This document shows positions 18,507 to 28,472 of a stretch of DNA of 47,692 nt, in pieces. How positions within the stretch are numbered: the first letter of the stretch is position 1; every line of letters starts with the position of its first letter. The position numbers and the translations under genes were made by a program. Below the pieces are notes generated by a model. It was not told the DNA's origin. It was given only the letters and a program-made list of their open reading frames with translations, and made no database searches. The DNA comes from Halobacteriota archaeon (GTDB taxonomy: Archaea > Halobacteriota > UBA148), in the NCBI GenBank assembly GCA_042577985.1, contig JBHPDI010000003.1, positions 1 through 47,692 on the forward strand, in the 5' to 3' direction.

Positions 18507-20813
18507 TCACTTGTACACCTTAACGCACACATCTTCCATCAACGCCGCACAGGTTGGATCTCCGTCTGCAAGTGCCTCTGCAACCGATCTGATAGGAATG
18601 AGATCGCCGTCGTTTGCACCTCTGTTGTAGGCGACTGTATACTTTTTACTCCAGTGCCCGAATCCGTGATCTACGCAAACGCAGTCTGGTCTGATTCCCT
18701 CGGTGAGCTCAGCCTTCACCCTGATCTTGCCAGCTCTTGACTCAACGTAGACGTAGTCTCCATCGTGTATGCCCAGTCTCTTAGCCGTGGTCGTGTGCAT
18801 TACCACGGTGTTCTCTGGCTGGATCTCCCGGAGGATCGGATCGTTCTGATTCGTGCTCATTAGGTTGTATGGCTTCCGCGTAATTATGTAGTAGTATGGA
18901 TACTCTGCTGATGGCATATCCCGCTTTGGCTCCCATTTCGGCATCGGATCATATCCGTACTCCTCAAACATCGTCGAGTACAACTCGATTTTCTGAGTCG
19001 GAGTTTTTAGCGTCTCAAGTTTCTCGTAATCTTTGAACGGATGCTGGGCCAGATCATCCCATAGTCCCTTTTCCTTTAGCTCTGCCCATGTTGTGCCCAG
19101 AGCTTCACACTTTGCCTCGTTCCACTTTTTACCGCTGATTCCGTCTGCGTACTCACTGAGCCCCATCGCCTTCAGTATTCCAAGTGCCTGGCTGCCGAAA
19201 CCCTTGGTATCGAACAGCGTCTTAACCACGGGCTGTCGCAACGATACCTGTGGATACTTGGCAAAGTACGTCCTCTCAGATAGCCCACTTTTCTCCAAGT
19301 AAACGGACTCTGGTAGAGCCACGTCTGCCATTTGAACCAACTCGCTTGGGTTAATGTCGCTTACCACCACGAAATCGAGCGTCTTCAGCGCTTCAACCAT
19401 TCTGCTCGGCTTCGGGAAAGATAATATATTATGCTTCCAGAATATGGCTGCCTTCACTTCGTATGGGTCTTTGTTCAATATGCCGTCTGCTGCCGTCTGG
19501 TGTATGCCCTTACCGAATCCCCCTGCCGCCTTGTGCAGTACCGGGAACATGTGCTCTCCGTCTATTCTAGGCTCATTCATGAGCTCCTTTATATCCTTAG
19601 GATACGCTGGGAAATCGAAGACGGCACGGAGTCCCGGAAATTTGGGCTTTCTTTCAATGATCGGTCCTCCAGTCCTGTCTATGCTTCCAACCAGCGCGTT
19701 CAGTATGACCTCTGCGTGCGAAAGCCGCCAGCTGTTCTTGTAGTTCGGGCCTCCTGCATCCCTCTTGTGGGTCGCGAGTACAGGTCGTTCTGCCGTAGCG
19801 AACCCTCTGGCAATCCCCTTTATCGTCTCTGCTGGAACCTCTGTTATACCAGAAGCCCATTCCGGGGTGTATCCTTCGCTGTTGATGTGCTCCTTCAGCT
19901 TATCGAAGCCATAAGTGTACGTATCAACGTAGCCTTTGTCGTACAATTCCTCGTTTATTATCACGTAGATCATGGATAGCGCGAAAGCGAGATCGGTGCC
20001 CGGTTTGATCGGGATCCATTCATCTGCGTGGGAAGCAGTAGTAGTGAGTCTTGGGTCGAGAACAACAAGTTTAGCCCCCCCATCCGTTATGGCTTCCATG
20101 AGCGGTCTAGCTTGCGGGTTCTTAGCCTTGCCGCATGGATCCCACCCAAAGGAAAGTATGTAGGTGGAGTTAGCATAGTCAGTTGTCCAGTTCCTTCCCG
20201 TTCCAGTTACTGTTGCAAGCCATATCGTCTCGTGCGTACCGTAACACGTGGTGATGTGGACTACATGGTTCGGCGTGCCTATGGAGAGGGAAAGGTGCTT
20301 GTTCCATGGTTTTGGTCTTGCAACCTGCACGATGGCTTGTGGACCGTGTGTGTCATAGACCTCTCTTAGCTTCTGACCGGTTATCTGGAATGCTTCGTCC
20401 CATGAGATTCTCACCCACTTGGGATCGACGTCTATGCCTTTCTCTGGATTCGTCCTCTTCATCGGATACTTGAGTCTGTCTGGATTGTAGAGATAATGTA
20501 TCCCGGAATATCCCTTTACGCACAATACGCCTCCGCCTACCTGATCGTCTGGATTCCCTGTGAGTTCGACGAGTCTTCCGTCCTCCACTCTTGCTATCTC
20601 GGCGCAGTTGGCACTGCACATACCGCAAGTCGTGTGAATCATTTTTGTCTCGCTCACTGGAGCAGCGCTCGCTGTCTCGAACAGTTCAAGATCACTGAGT
20701 CGTTTTGTTCCCAGTCCAATCGCTGCAGCCGCACCAAGAGCCACGATTCCTTTGGCGAATGTACGTCTTTTCATCTTGATTCCATTGAAATTAGATTCTG
20801 CTTTTGTTACCAT
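18507..20813 (-). CDS. Tat-exported molybdopterin oxidoreductase catalytic subunit (PsrA/PhsA-like)
   Basis: KRRTFAK twin-arginine signal, CGMCSANC...LCVKG cluster motif, HITTCY candidate Cys ligand, WIPIKPGTD, C-terminal GIRPDCV.VDHGFGH; GAGGTGA RBS before ATG 20813. Confidence 0.88.
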   Translation of the reverse strand: MVTKAESNFNGIKMKRRTFAKGIVALGAAAAIGLGTKRLSDLELFETASAAPVSETKMIHTTCGMCSANCAEIARVEDGRLVELTGNPDDQVGGGVLCVKGYSGIHYLYNPDRLKYPMKRTNPEKGIDVDPKWVRISWDEAFQITGQKLREVYDTHGPQAIVQVARPKPWNKHLSLSIGTPNHVVHITTCYGTHETIWLATVTGTGRNWTTDYANSTYILSFGWDPCGKAKNPQARPLMEAITDGGAKLVVLDPRLTTTASHADEWIPIKPGTDLAFALSMIYVIINEELYDKGYVDTYTYGFDKLKEHINSEGYTPEWASGITEVPAETIKGIARGFATAERPVLATHKRDAGGPNYKNSWRLSHAEVILNALVGSIDRTGGPIIERKPKFPGLRAVFDFPAYPKDIKELMNEPRIDGEHMFPVLHKAAGGFGKGIHQTAADGILNKDPYEVKAAIFWKHNILSFPKPSRMVEALKTLDFVVVSDINPSELVQMADVALPESVYLEKSGLSERTYFAKYPQVSLRQPVVKTLFDTKGFGSQALGILKAMGLSEYADGISGKKWNEAKCEALGTTWAELKEKGLWDDLAQHPFKDYEKLETLKTPTQKIELYSTMFEEYGYDPMPKWEPKRDMPSAEYPYYYIITRKPYNLMSTNQNDPILREIQPENTVVMHTTTAKRLGIHDGDYVYVESRAGKIRVKAELTEGIRPDCVCVDHGFGHWSKKYTVAYNRGANDGDLIPIRSVAEALADGDPTCAALMEDVCVKVYK

Positions 20814-21118
20814 TAGTTCACCTCTCTTTTTACCATGGTTCATTGATCGTGGTGCCGAAATACGCGACTTCAATGATTCAAAATATAATTGTAACAATCA
20901 TTCTTAGGAGGAAATAATGGCTACGAAATCAGTGAACATATTATTATATTTCGGCACAAAATTACGTTATCTCTTTATAATTATATACTTTTCGCATAAT
21001 CAATTATTATTCATGATAAATATGGGATGAAACATAATCGGAAAGCATACAATTATGGTGGTGCGTACATTTATGTGGTATCTAGATAACTTATCTACAA
21101 GTGAAGGTGCAACACCAT

Positions 21119-21634
21119 ATGGGCAAAAATATTTCGCATAGGAAAAATGAGGATATCGAATATTGGGAGCCTTGTTGCTTGGATCGGCTACCCATTGATG
21201 ACGCAGATACGAAGATCATCAAGATACTAATGAAGAACTCCAGAACCAGTAATGTGGATATCGCCAAGAAGGTTGGAATAAGCGAAGGCACGGTGAGGCA
21301 CAGGATAGACCAACTAAAGGCAAAAAACATCATTCGAGGATTTATAACGCTCATCGACTGTGAGGAGTCAGATAACTGCGTTAAAGTGTTCATACGTCTG
21401 AAAGTGGACGAGGCGCGCTTAAAAGATGTTACTGACGCTCTCAAAGGACATGAGCGAGTTGTAGCCTTGTATCGCGTGAATAACGAATTTAATCTATTAT
21501 GCGAGTGCATGTTCAGGTCTGTCATAGAACTGCAGGAATTCATCGACAGCCGTCTTCATACCGATGACATTCTGGATTCAACGGTGCAGATGGTCACCAG
21601 ATCGTACAAAAAATGCCTATGGACGGGACTCTAA
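21119..21634 (+). CDS. Lrp/AsnC family transcriptional regulator
   Basis: IDDADTKIIKILMKNSRTSNVDIAKKVGISEGTVRHRI HTH; divergent from the molybdoenzyme operon. Confidence 0.9.
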   Translation: MGKNISHRKNEDIEYWEPCCLDRLPIDDADTKIIKILMKNSRTSNVDIAKKVGISEGTVRHRIDQLKAKNIIRGFITLIDCEESDNCVKVFIRLKVDEARLKDVTDALKGHERVVALYRVNNEFNLLCECMFRSVIELQEFIDSRLHTDDILDSTVQMVTRSYKKCLWTGL

Positions 21635-22297
21635 TATCTCATCGATCAAGTCCCTCTCTAATAACATGAAGTCCTTCGTGATCTTTGCGATGCCCTTGTA
21701 GAAATATGGTTTGTTTTTTACGACATCATCACAAAAGTCTGGTATCCACCTCAATAGATGATCGTTTAGAAAACCTCTTTGAAGCTGTAGAAGATCGGAT
21801 GCATCTTCTTCTTTTTCAAACGCCTCCGTTGCTTTATCACAGAGATATGACATGAACATAAGCTCGAACGCTATATGATCCTCCGGCTCAAGCTCTTTCT
21901 CAGATTTAGCTAAACCCGCCCCTCTATACATTGCTTTTACCTTTTTCCACGGCTCTCCCATCAGCAGTCCTTCCTCCCCCAAGTAAACGGACTCATAGGG
22001 ATGCACCCCTCCAGCGAGGAGGAACAAACGCGTATATTCTACTCTCAAATCTTGGTCGACTTTTTCAATGTCCCCGCTCTTGATGCTATTCAAGAACTCC
22101 CCCAGCACTCTGAATCCATCGCTCATCTCAGAATCAGAGAACGACTCATCTAAAGCGCGAATGTGCTTGATGAAATCATCGTTTGTCATGTTTTTTATGA
22201 GCTCTTTAGTCAGCTCCTCTTTAAACATGCGAGAGAGGAAAGCATATGTGGCACCCCTGTTCTTGACCAAGTCAAATATCTCTTTTTTCGAATTCAT
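21617..22297 (-). CDS. TorD/DmsD family molybdoenzyme maturation chaperone
   Basis: EYTRLF, PYESVY, EPEDHIAFEL, HLLRWIP. Confidence 0.92.
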   Translation of the reverse strand: MNSKKEIFDLVKNRGATYAFLSRMFKEELTKELIKNMTNDDFIKHIRALDESFSDSEMSDGFRVLGEFLNSIKSGDIEKVDQDLRVEYTRLFLLAGGVHPYESVYLGEEGLLMGEPWKKVKAMYRGAGLAKSEKELEPEDHIAFELMFMSYLCDKATEAFEKEEDASDLLQLQRGFLNDHLLRWIPDFCDDVVKNKPYFYKGIAKITKDFMLLERDLIDEILESRP

Positions 22298-22497
22298 CCT
22301 ACATCCTCTTAATGAAAAGCATACCAAAAATGAATTCTTTATACTCTGTGGCGTCCATGGGTCCTCTTAGAATATCAGCTGCTTGGAAGAGGAGTGTCTC
22401 TAATTGAGTAAGTGATATCTTAGGCTTTTTCATTTTAATTGATCTCCCTCATCCCCTATAATAATCTCTATTATCCTCAACTTATTAAAACAATGGG

Positions 22498-22677
22498 TTA
22501 AACAACGACTGGCTCAATTTCCTCAAAACTCACAGTCCACTTACCAATCTTCTCATCATACTCCCAGATAACCCTATAATCCTTGGACCTGGGATCCAAA
22601 TTCAAGAGGACTATGTGGGGAATTGTCGTCGCAAAACTCATCTTCCCGCGTTTCCATAACTTGGTTCTGAACTTCAT
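22498..22677 (-). CDS. Small protein (59 aa), possibly AbrB/MazE-like
   Basis: Not in ORF track: MKFRTKLWKRGKMSFATTIPHIVLLNLDPRSKDYRVIWEYDEKIGKWTVSFEEIEPVVV. Confidence 0.55.
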   Translation of the reverse strand: MKFRTKLWKRGKMSFATTIPHIVLLNLDPRSKDYRVIWEYDEKIGKWTVSFEEIEPVVV

Positions 22678-22771
22678 GATTTTTACTTGCGCCCTTTGTA
22701 TTATCTAATGTATTATTTTGGACATGGAGTATGTAAAGAAATCATAGGCGGGATGCTAAAAATGGTAATTA

Positions 22772-23227
22772 CTATTCATAATTTCTGTGGTTATGGTCTG
22801 ACATCTTCAGTTGAATCCCTCGCTGGCTCAGCTCAGACTCAATCTCCTCGAAGAATATTCCTTTGCCCCCCACATGTTCATGTTCACATCTTTTGATTTT
22901 TCCACCCTGATAACCAATGGTAGTAATCTCTGCTGCACAGGATGGGCTTTTTTCCACTCCGATTATTTCGATGCTTACGCCTTTTTCAATCAACTGCTGG
23001 ATTAAATCTGCATAGGGCCTGAATAGTCGGCGGCAAAATCTTCTATATTTTGGAAAATCTAGTTGATTTTTCGTCAACTCCCACCTGCTTAGCCCAAAGT
23101 ATATCGTCTCAGGACATGGAAGTTGTATTACTGGTGTATTTGATACAAATTCCAATCCTTTCCCTATTCGCACCGTAGGGTCAAGAAAACAATGTGCAAT
23201 CACTCGTATTTTTTGCTCAGCATTCAT
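22772..23227 (-). CDS. TudS/DUF523-related putative Fe-S desulfidase
   Basis: AHCFLD, QLPCPE, SPSC, GIF motifs. Confidence 0.7.
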   Translation of the reverse strand: MNAEQKIRVIAHCFLDPTVRIGKGLEFVSNTPVIQLPCPETIYFGLSRWELTKNQLDFPKYRRFCRRLFRPYADLIQQLIEKGVSIEIIGVEKSPSCAAEITTIGYQGGKIKRCEHEHVGGKGIFFEEIESELSQRGIQLKMSDHNHRNYE

Positions 23228-24243
23228 ATGATACCCATAGATTTATTCGTCTTTATTATTGATTTCTGTCCATTTTCTTCCAGTTCTGCCATCGCTCTGA
23301 TGGCATCGATATTCTCTGGAATTACGATTGACTCCTGGTGGATCGCTTGGAAGAAGTATAGCTCATCTTCGATGCTGATTGAATCCTCCCATATGCAATT
23401 CTCCCACATGTCATATCTTGGCCTAAATAGATCCCTTCCTAATTCGATGATGGATGCAGTTGAAGTTATGCCATCTGCTACACTCACGAATCGTATACGG
23501 GGGGCTTTTTCCAAGACTGCTTTTACGTTATCGATCTCTGGGTTTTTGTCAAATACGACGTTCAACACGTGAAGATGCATCAGAGTCGTAGGAATTTTGA
23601 GGGCAAGAGTTGTTATATTTATGTGAGGAAGCACAGTCTGAACATCTGGCCCATGATGCGAGGGTAGCGTAACTGGGTCTGGCACTATTGAGTTGATCGG
23701 GCCCCTTTTGGCATCGTTAGGATCGGCAGCTCGACGTATCAGCAAAGCTCTTACCTTTTTTACGCCAAATGCTTTGTTTAATGGGTTCAAAACTCTACAA
23801 AGACCAGTGGTGTTGCAAGAGACAACCCGGAGAAAATCACGCCCCAACGCCTCCTCGTAATTACAGGCTGCATTAAATGAGAATTCTGCTAATCCGTGTT
23901 TCTCACCACCTTGGAAAATAGCTTTGATTCCTGCATCCTCATACAGTGACTTGTTTTGAGACCCTATTCCCCCAGGTGTGCAGTCGATAACTATATCTGC
24001 TTTGCCTAGCAGATCTTGAATCGTTCCAGAGATATCGATTCCTGCCCTTTCAAAATCATCACGCTTCTCTGAAATTGCCGCATACATCTCATACCCTCTT
24101 TTGATAGCTATCTTGGCTTCAAAATTGGGTCGTGTCTTTGCAACGCCTACGAGCTCCATATCGTCTTGAGCTTTTACCGCATCTGCTATCCTCTTACCGA
24201 TGGTCCCATAACCATTTATTGCCACTTTAAACATCTTACTCAC
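23224..24243 (-). CDS. gap: Type II (archaeal) phosphorylating glyceraldehyde-3-phosphate dehydrogenase
   Basis: NGYGTIGKRIADA, VVSCNTTG, PSHHGPD, AIHQESIVIPENIDA. Confidence 0.96.
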   Translation of the reverse strand: MSKMFKVAINGYGTIGKRIADAVKAQDDMELVGVAKTRPNFEAKIAIKRGYEMYAAISEKRDDFERAGIDISGTIQDLLGKADIVIDCTPGGIGSQNKSLYEDAGIKAIFQGGEKHGLAEFSFNAACNYEEALGRDFLRVVSCNTTGLCRVLNPLNKAFGVKKVRALLIRRAADPNDAKRGPINSIVPDPVTLPSHHGPDVQTVLPHINITTLALKIPTTLMHLHVLNVVFDKNPEIDNVKAVLEKAPRIRFVSVADGITSTASIIELGRDLFRPRYDMWENCIWEDSISIEDELYFFQAIHQESIVIPENIDAIRAMAELEENGQKSIIKTNKSMGII

Positions 24244-24424
24244 CTTTTATAACGATTTCGTGTTTGTTCATGTCGATATCAGAGATGCGACCGCTTATGC
24301 TTTTTCTCTCACCAAACAGTCCAATAAGCTCGATGGTATCCCCTTTGACTAAAATATGGATAACGTCTTCCATCAAGGTCTCCATCTTGCCTTTGGCATC
24401 AAGTACTACACTAGATTCACACAT
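24236..24424 (-). CDS. CooT family nickel-binding protein
   Basis: MCES N-terminus, LMEDV, GLFGERK, H near the C-terminus. Confidence 0.8.
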   Translation of the reverse strand: MCESSVVLDAKGKMETLMEDVIHILVKGDTIELIGLFGERKSISGRISDIDMNKHEIVIKGE

Positions 24425-25143
24425 TAGGATCACAATCTTCTAGTTGTCATACTTTTCCATAAAGCTTTTTCATAAAGATAAGTTCGTACTATTTGTTGGT
24501 TTAACTGAATTGAGCCTTCTATTAAAAATATAAACTCTATAATTAGAATAGGAAAAATGCCCCACGGATGCTGAATAAATAGATGTAAGGAGCTTTACTG
24601 TTACAGGGTAAATTCGATATTCATAAATCCATATTAGATGACCAAATCTCAAAGATACAATGCATTACCATTCCCTTGGATCCGAATGCTCTTAACATGG
24701 TCAATTTATTCACCATAGGTAAAAAGTATAGGTGGAAAACACCAGTCAAAATGCCTTCAATCACTGTTATTTATCAACATTCTTGTTAATTAATCCGTAT
24801 CCTTTGAAAAGAATATCAAAAACTTATAGTAAGACTTCAAGAGAGAGCATTAGGATAAACACCCAGCCACCGAAAATAACTCTCAAAATTTCAGCTTTGA
24901 TTGGATTTGAGATTCTTACTTAAAAAATGAATATTGTGAAGATAAACGCATTCTCTGCAAGTGTGTGAACCAACATCATTGGCTCACTTATCATATGACT
25001 CTTTATGAATAATTTCTTTGTGATCTATAAGACGTTGATAGTAAGGACAGATCAAAAATATATCTAATCTCAAAACCAGATGTTTGAAGAGGTGATTGCA
25101 GATGGGGTGTATATTCCTAACTCACCAACATATCAATTTCATC

Positions 25144-25473
25144 CTATCCCACTTTTGTACCTGCTTTAAGTTCCATCTCTGGTTTTAATAGCACTGCACC
25201 ATCTTGGTCTGCAGCTAAAAGCATTCCATTTGACTCGACACCAAATAATTTAATCGGCTTCAGGTTTGCTAAAATGACCACTTGCGTACCAACTAGCTTC
25301 TCGGGGTTATGTGTTTTCGCAATGCCTGCAACGATTTGTCTTGGCTTTGACTCGCCGATTTCTATTCTCAATCGAAGCAATTTATCCGACCCGTCTATGC
25401 GATCTGCTAACACTATCTTACCTACTCTTATATCGAGTTTTTGAAATTCTTCGAAAGTAATGGTGCTTGACAT
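25144..25473 (-). CDS. Stand-alone tRNA-binding OB-fold protein (MetRS C-terminal/Trbp111-like)
   Basis: FQKLDIRVGKI, RQIVAGI, NLKPIKLFGVESNGMLLAA. Confidence 0.9.
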   Translation of the reverse strand: MSSTITFEEFQKLDIRVGKIVLADRIDGSDKLLRLRIEIGESKPRQIVAGIAKTHNPEKLVGTQVVILANLKPIKLFGVESNGMLLAADQDGAVLLKPEMELKAGTKVG

Positions 25474-25687
25474 CGTATTTCCTCGCTTTTCAATTTTATT
25501 GGATGTTTTAACTCTTAATTATATCTAGACAACTTGTATTAAAATTTAAGATACATATAACGGGCTCTGACTTTGTATTTAGTCGCCATCACAAAACATT
25601 TTCATTTTTCCTTAGGAGTAAATACATGGCCGTGAAACTCAACAGTTTATCTGGAGAAGTCGTATGAAAAAAATATTAGACCTGCTA

Positions 25688-25713
25688 CAGCCATAAACTT
25701 CAGATTATGGCTG
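25688..25713. terminator. Hairpin downstream of the DUF89 gene, possible terminator
   Basis: CAGCCATAA-8nt-TTATGGCTG, 9-bp inverted repeat. Confidence 0.4.
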
Positions 25714-25739
25714 CTAATAAATATCGCCAGAGGATTTCA

Positions 25740-26600
25740 TCATAAACAGAGTTTCGCTACATTCTGTCCCTTTTTCACACCCAAAGACTTTGCTACAGGC
25801 TCGCATTTAGCTCTAAGAAGATATGCTATCGGCTTGAAGTCATATTCAGACAGCGATTCGTAGTTTGCCATGCCTTTGCTGATTATCAACGAAGAAGAGT
25901 GCAAAGCTTCAACCAACTCATATGGAGCTTCATCCAGGTTTACCCCAACAGCGTTTGAGCCCGTCGTCAACACTCTATCTGCTTTCCCGCTAACTCCAGT
26001 CTCATTTGCATCTTCCAGCGTCGCATCTGTAAGTATGGGCATACCTTTCAGAACTATGGTCGTATGACCCCCCAGCCTCTTGATCTGTTCCAACACTAAC
26101 CCATCAAAAACGATCTCCCCACAATTATCCGTAAGGTAAAGGACTTCGTCTAGCAGGCAGACCATGTCATCAATATCATCTATTTCAAGCCCTTTTTCAA
26201 AGACTTCCATAAAATAATCCTCAAATCGATCTTCGGGCTCAAATCCGAGCACACCAAAATCAAACGAATTGCCGATAATCGATGCGATAACGCTTCTTCT
26301 GAATGCCTCTTCAGAATCCGACTCTACGATTTGCTTGATTGTTGGAAGCAATTTTAGCGCAATATCATTGCTCATTTTCTTTTTTTCGATATATGGATCC
26401 CCTCCCAAAACCTCATATGCTCTCCGATGAACTGCAGTTGAGATATAAGTGAGTGGGGCATTATGGCGATATTCCCTACTTAGCCATTGAACTCCTGCCT
26501 TGATGGCTTTGTGTTGAAGCTCCGTATTATCTGTGGACAGTTCAGCCTCGTAGTGGATCCTAGCGAACAAGCAAGGTATGCATCTTGGATAGATCTTCAA
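25740..26600 (-). CDS. DUF89/ARMT1-like damage-control phosphatase
   Basis: CIPC, DPY..KK.SN, GNSFD, DNCGEIVFD, SKGMANYESL, AKC. Confidence 0.9.
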   Translation of the reverse strand: MKIYPRCIPCLFARIHYEAELSTDNTELQHKAIKAGVQWLSREYRHNAPLTYISTAVHRRAYEVLGGDPYIEKKKMSNDIALKLLPTIKQIVESDSEEAFRRSVIASIIGNSFDFGVLGFEPEDRFEDYFMEVFEKGLEIDDIDDMVCLLDEVLYLTDNCGEIVFDGLVLEQIKRLGGHTTIVLKGMPILTDATLEDANETGVSGKADRVLTTGSNAVGVNLDEAPYELVEALHSSSLIISKGMANYESLSEYDFKPIAYLLRAKCEPVAKSLGVKKGQNVAKLCL

Positions 26601-26815
26601 AAATAATCACCATACTTTTAATGTAAGAGTCCCATAAATCATTTTTGGCATGAGTGGTAGATGAAAATTCAAATGCAGTGGTTCTGAGGGAATTGATGTA
26701 CCAAATTGAAAAAAATATTTGGGTAATTAAAGGAAGCTCTAGAGGTGGCTTATAGAGGATATATAGGATGTGTCAAGGAAGATCAAAAATCATTGTCGTT
26801 TCACGGGCTGTATTG

Positions 26816-26864
26816 ATATAATATAATATCATATAATATCATATCATATCCTATCCTATCATAC
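26816..26864. repeat. Degenerate pentanucleotide microsatellite
   Basis: ATATA ATATA ATATC ATATA ATATC ATATC ATATC CTATC CTATC ATAC. Confidence 0.75.
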
Positions 26865-27003
26865 GTACCATCGAATCCCTTATTGACGAGTGAGTGAGGA
26901 ATACATAAGATAAAGGGTAGAGCCAGAGAGAATGAAAAAATGTGAGGCTTAAAATAGCAGAATGGCTGGAAGGTCTTTGAAAGAATCTAAAAAAAAGAAT
27001 TAT

Positions 27004-28356
27004 ATGCGTCTGCGTAATATAATCCCAATTATAACACTAACTCTCATAGTATGTTCCCTATTTTTATCAGTTGCATCAGCCGCCGATTTAGTAGTCAATC
27101 CAGTTCATAGTCCAAAGGGTGCGGTCTTGCTGATCATCGATGGCATGGGGTCCTCCTACATCTATCCCGAATTCGTTCCATATGATCTGGATGGAAATGA
27201 AGTGGGTAAAGCGAATCTCAGTAATATCATGTTGATCACAGAAAGCGGAACACGTGTTTTAGATGTCAGAGCACCAAATCCTAGCACAACTCCAGGCCAT
27301 TCCATCATTACAACAGGATATTCCGATGCAAACAAGGATACTGTAGGAGAGATGATAACGATTTTCGATGTCGTTAGAAAACACGATTACATTTGCATGG
27401 CGGTGATGCAGAAAGGGGACTTTGAAAATATGCGCGCTGAACAGGATGCGATCCTTTTCGATGAATCCCACTCGATTAACGAGCCTTCCATAACCCTAGA
27501 TCATAGTATTTCCTGCCCTACTGATGTGTTAGAGCTTATGCGGGGATACCAAGATAATTTGTTTCTTGAAGAAAAAGAAGGCGTTGACCGATACATCGCC
27601 TATAATGAATGGGCTGTAGGTGCATCAGATGCAATTGCAAGTTTCATGTGCGAAAATCACCCAGAACAGAAGTTCTTGCTTACTGTAAATGTTGGTGCAG
27701 TAGACTCGGCTGGACATTATCTTGGGTCAGAACAGTATTTGTATGTGATTGAAGAGTTAGACAAAGATATTTACAGTCTTTATCAAACCTGCTTGGAAAA
27801 CGATCTGATATTTATCATCACAGCAGACCATGGTATGGCTTTTGATCTTACAGAGAGGGGCAGAGAAGTTGGTGGACACGCCTCTGAGAAATATGCAAAA
27901 ACTCTCGAAGCTCAACGAGTTCCTCTGATCATAAATGGACCGAACATACGAAAATACGTGATAAATGGAACCTATGGGCAGGAGGATATAGCTCCGACGT
28001 TACTCAGCGGACTGGATGTAATGAATTTATTGCCATACTCTGAGGGAAATATCATTCCTGTCAAGAAGTACGCGAATTTGCGTGTCGTAACTGATCAGCC
28101 AGCAGATGTTATTGTGAAGAAAGGCGATCTAACGGTAGCATTTGCCTTTGGAGATGATATCACGTTCTTTGGATTATTTCCTGGCAATTACACCATTAGG
28201 GTCTCATCCTACGAAGAAAATTTAAATCTGGACTCGGACAAAATTGTTGAAATCCAGAATTCTGGAACAGATTATAGAGTTATCATTGCAACTGCGATGA
28301 TATCGGTTGTGATGTTAGGGGGCTTGTTGATCATAAGGAGAATCATGAGGGAATGA
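27004..28356 (+). CDS. Secreted, C-terminally anchored alkaline-phosphatase-superfamily protein
   Basis: Signal peptide, LLIIDG, T.PGHSIITTG, VDSAGH, ITADHG, DIAPTL, C-terminal TM with basic tail. Confidence 0.82.
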   Translation: MRLRNIIPIITLTLIVCSLFLSVASAADLVVNPVHSPKGAVLLIIDGMGSSYIYPEFVPYDLDGNEVGKANLSNIMLITESGTRVLDVRAPNPSTTPGHSIITTGYSDANKDTVGEMITIFDVVRKHDYICMAVMQKGDFENMRAEQDAILFDESHSINEPSITLDHSISCPTDVLELMRGYQDNLFLEEKEGVDRYIAYNEWAVGASDAIASFMCENHPEQKFLLTVNVGAVDSAGHYLGSEQYLYVIEELDKDIYSLYQTCLENDLIFIITADHGMAFDLTERGREVGGHASEKYAKTLEAQRVPLIINGPNIRKYVINGTYGQEDIAPTLLSGLDVMNLLPYSEGNIIPVKKYANLRVVTDQPADVIVKKGDLTVAFAFGDDITFFGLFPGNYTIRVSSYEENLNLDSDKIVEIQNSGTDYRVIIATAMISVVMLGGLLIIRRIMRE

Positions 28357-28472
28357 GCTTTTTTCTGCATTTAGGCTTTGGTTTTTTAAAAGATATAAAA
28401 TAGATATTTATTTTCGATTCTTGTTAATACCTTATTTGTAAATGTCTCTGTCACCAAAGATGGGGTATCCAA

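Noticed and set aside
18507-20813. Selenocysteine or formate dehydrogenase identity for the molybdoenzyme
   Set aside because: No in-frame TGA; lacks the FDH Cys/Sec-His active-site motif
24470-25140. Short ORFs in a long intergenic region
   Set aside because: Possibly a decayed membrane-protein gene with several stops; no recognisable family
25488-25512. Second CRISPR-like repeat (TTTCAAT...TTTTAAC)
   Set aside because: Too short and AT-rich; lacks the central conserved block
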